56,042 nt of DNA, taken from contig VFJJ01000063.1 in assembly GCA_009886115.1 (NCBI GenBank), positions 1-56,042 on the forward strand. Direction: 5' to 3'. This DNA is from Actinomycetota bacterium (GTDB lineage Bacteria; Actinomycetota; Acidimicrobiia; IMCC26256; VFJJ01). The translations under genes were made by a program, and so were the position numbers. Positions 55,549 through 56,042 of this stretch are shown here, in pieces. Within the stretch, counting starts at the first letter, position 1. Each line of letters begins with the position of its first letter. Below the pieces are notes generated by a model. It did no database searches. It had not been told where the DNA came from and saw only the letters and a list, made by a program, of their open reading frames with translations.

Positions 55549-55607
55549 CCGGTTCCTCTCGACCTACCGTCGTCCGCTCGGGCCTTGGCGATCGACCGCT
55601 TCGGCGC

Positions 55608-56042
55608 TCACCGGGCCACCTCGGCACCGACGGAAGCGCCCAGCATCGCGGCATGCGACGAGCCGGTGCCGAACCCGTGCTCGAGCACCCAGGCCCGCTT
55701 CAGGAAGTAGTGCGCAAGCATGTCCCAGGTGAACCCCATGCCGCCGTGGAGCTGGATCGCAGCTCGGGCGTTGCCCAAGCCGGCCTCGCCGGCGAGCAGC
55801 TTGGCCGCGCTGGCTGCACGCTCCTCGAAGGCGATGACCGCCTCGACCATGCCGACACCTCCGACGTCTCCCCTGTCGCTCCGTCCGGGTGTCGCGGGTG
55901 TCGCGGGTGTCTCGGGTACGAGCATGCCCAGCGCGCCGAGACCGGCGAGGCCGTGCCACACCGCAGCATCGGCGGGCCGACCCTCCCGCTCGGCGACACG
56001 GTCGAGGGCGAGCCGGTCCGCGCAGGACCCGTGTACGGCATC
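55608..56042 (-). pseudogene. Acyl-CoA dehydrogenase (5' end outside window) with large in-frame internal deletion
   Basis: Frame is open from 56042. The N-domain VWHGLAGLG..GMVEAVIAFEE is fused directly to the C-terminal RAASAAKL..AIQLHGGMGFTW..HYFLKRA. Confidence 0.75.

Noticed and set aside
1..56042. tRNA, rRNA, transposase, integrase or phage genes
   Set aside because: None recognised by eye; a covariance-model search would be needed to exclude small RNAs.

Overview
High-GC window, most likely from an Acidimicrobiia-like actinobacterium (inferred from GYWLVAADGGIFAFGDA repeat proteins, neocarzinostatin-like domains, F420-type PPOX genes and leaderless promoters). It has five blocks. (1) 1-7.3 kb: a surface-protein operon with two membrane-anchored proteins (one a neocarzinostatin-like/PstS-like fusion), a PASTA-containing sortase whose catalytic His and Cys are both replaced, a YWL-repeat protein and a secreted PstS-like protein. 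(2) 7.3-20 kb: a Wzx/Wzy-type polysaccharide cluster with a priming transferase, two GT4s, a flippase fused to a polymerase/ligase, a Wzz-like protein and four sulfotransferase domains. (3) 20-38 kb: secreted enzymes, namely an M23 peptidase, a PhoX phosphatase, a 2174-aa NHL propeller protein with a degenerate CE4-like tail, two glycoside-hydrolase-like proteins and a PQQ sugar dehydrogenase. (4) 38-44.5 kb: small accessory and redox genes (Fic, two PPOX, CDGSH, TetR, NADP/F420 oxidoreductase, LtrA) with gene remnants. (5) 44.5-56 kb: an acyl-CoA catabolic cluster in which both acyl-CoA dehydrogenases carry internal deletions. The best candidate for a little-described system is the pseudo-sortase/PstS surface complex. 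GTTCA-type 11-bp repeats resembling PHO boxes may link it to PhoX and the sulfated polysaccharide as a phosphate-starvation surface-remodelling island. All family calls come from motif recognition by eye; no searches were run.
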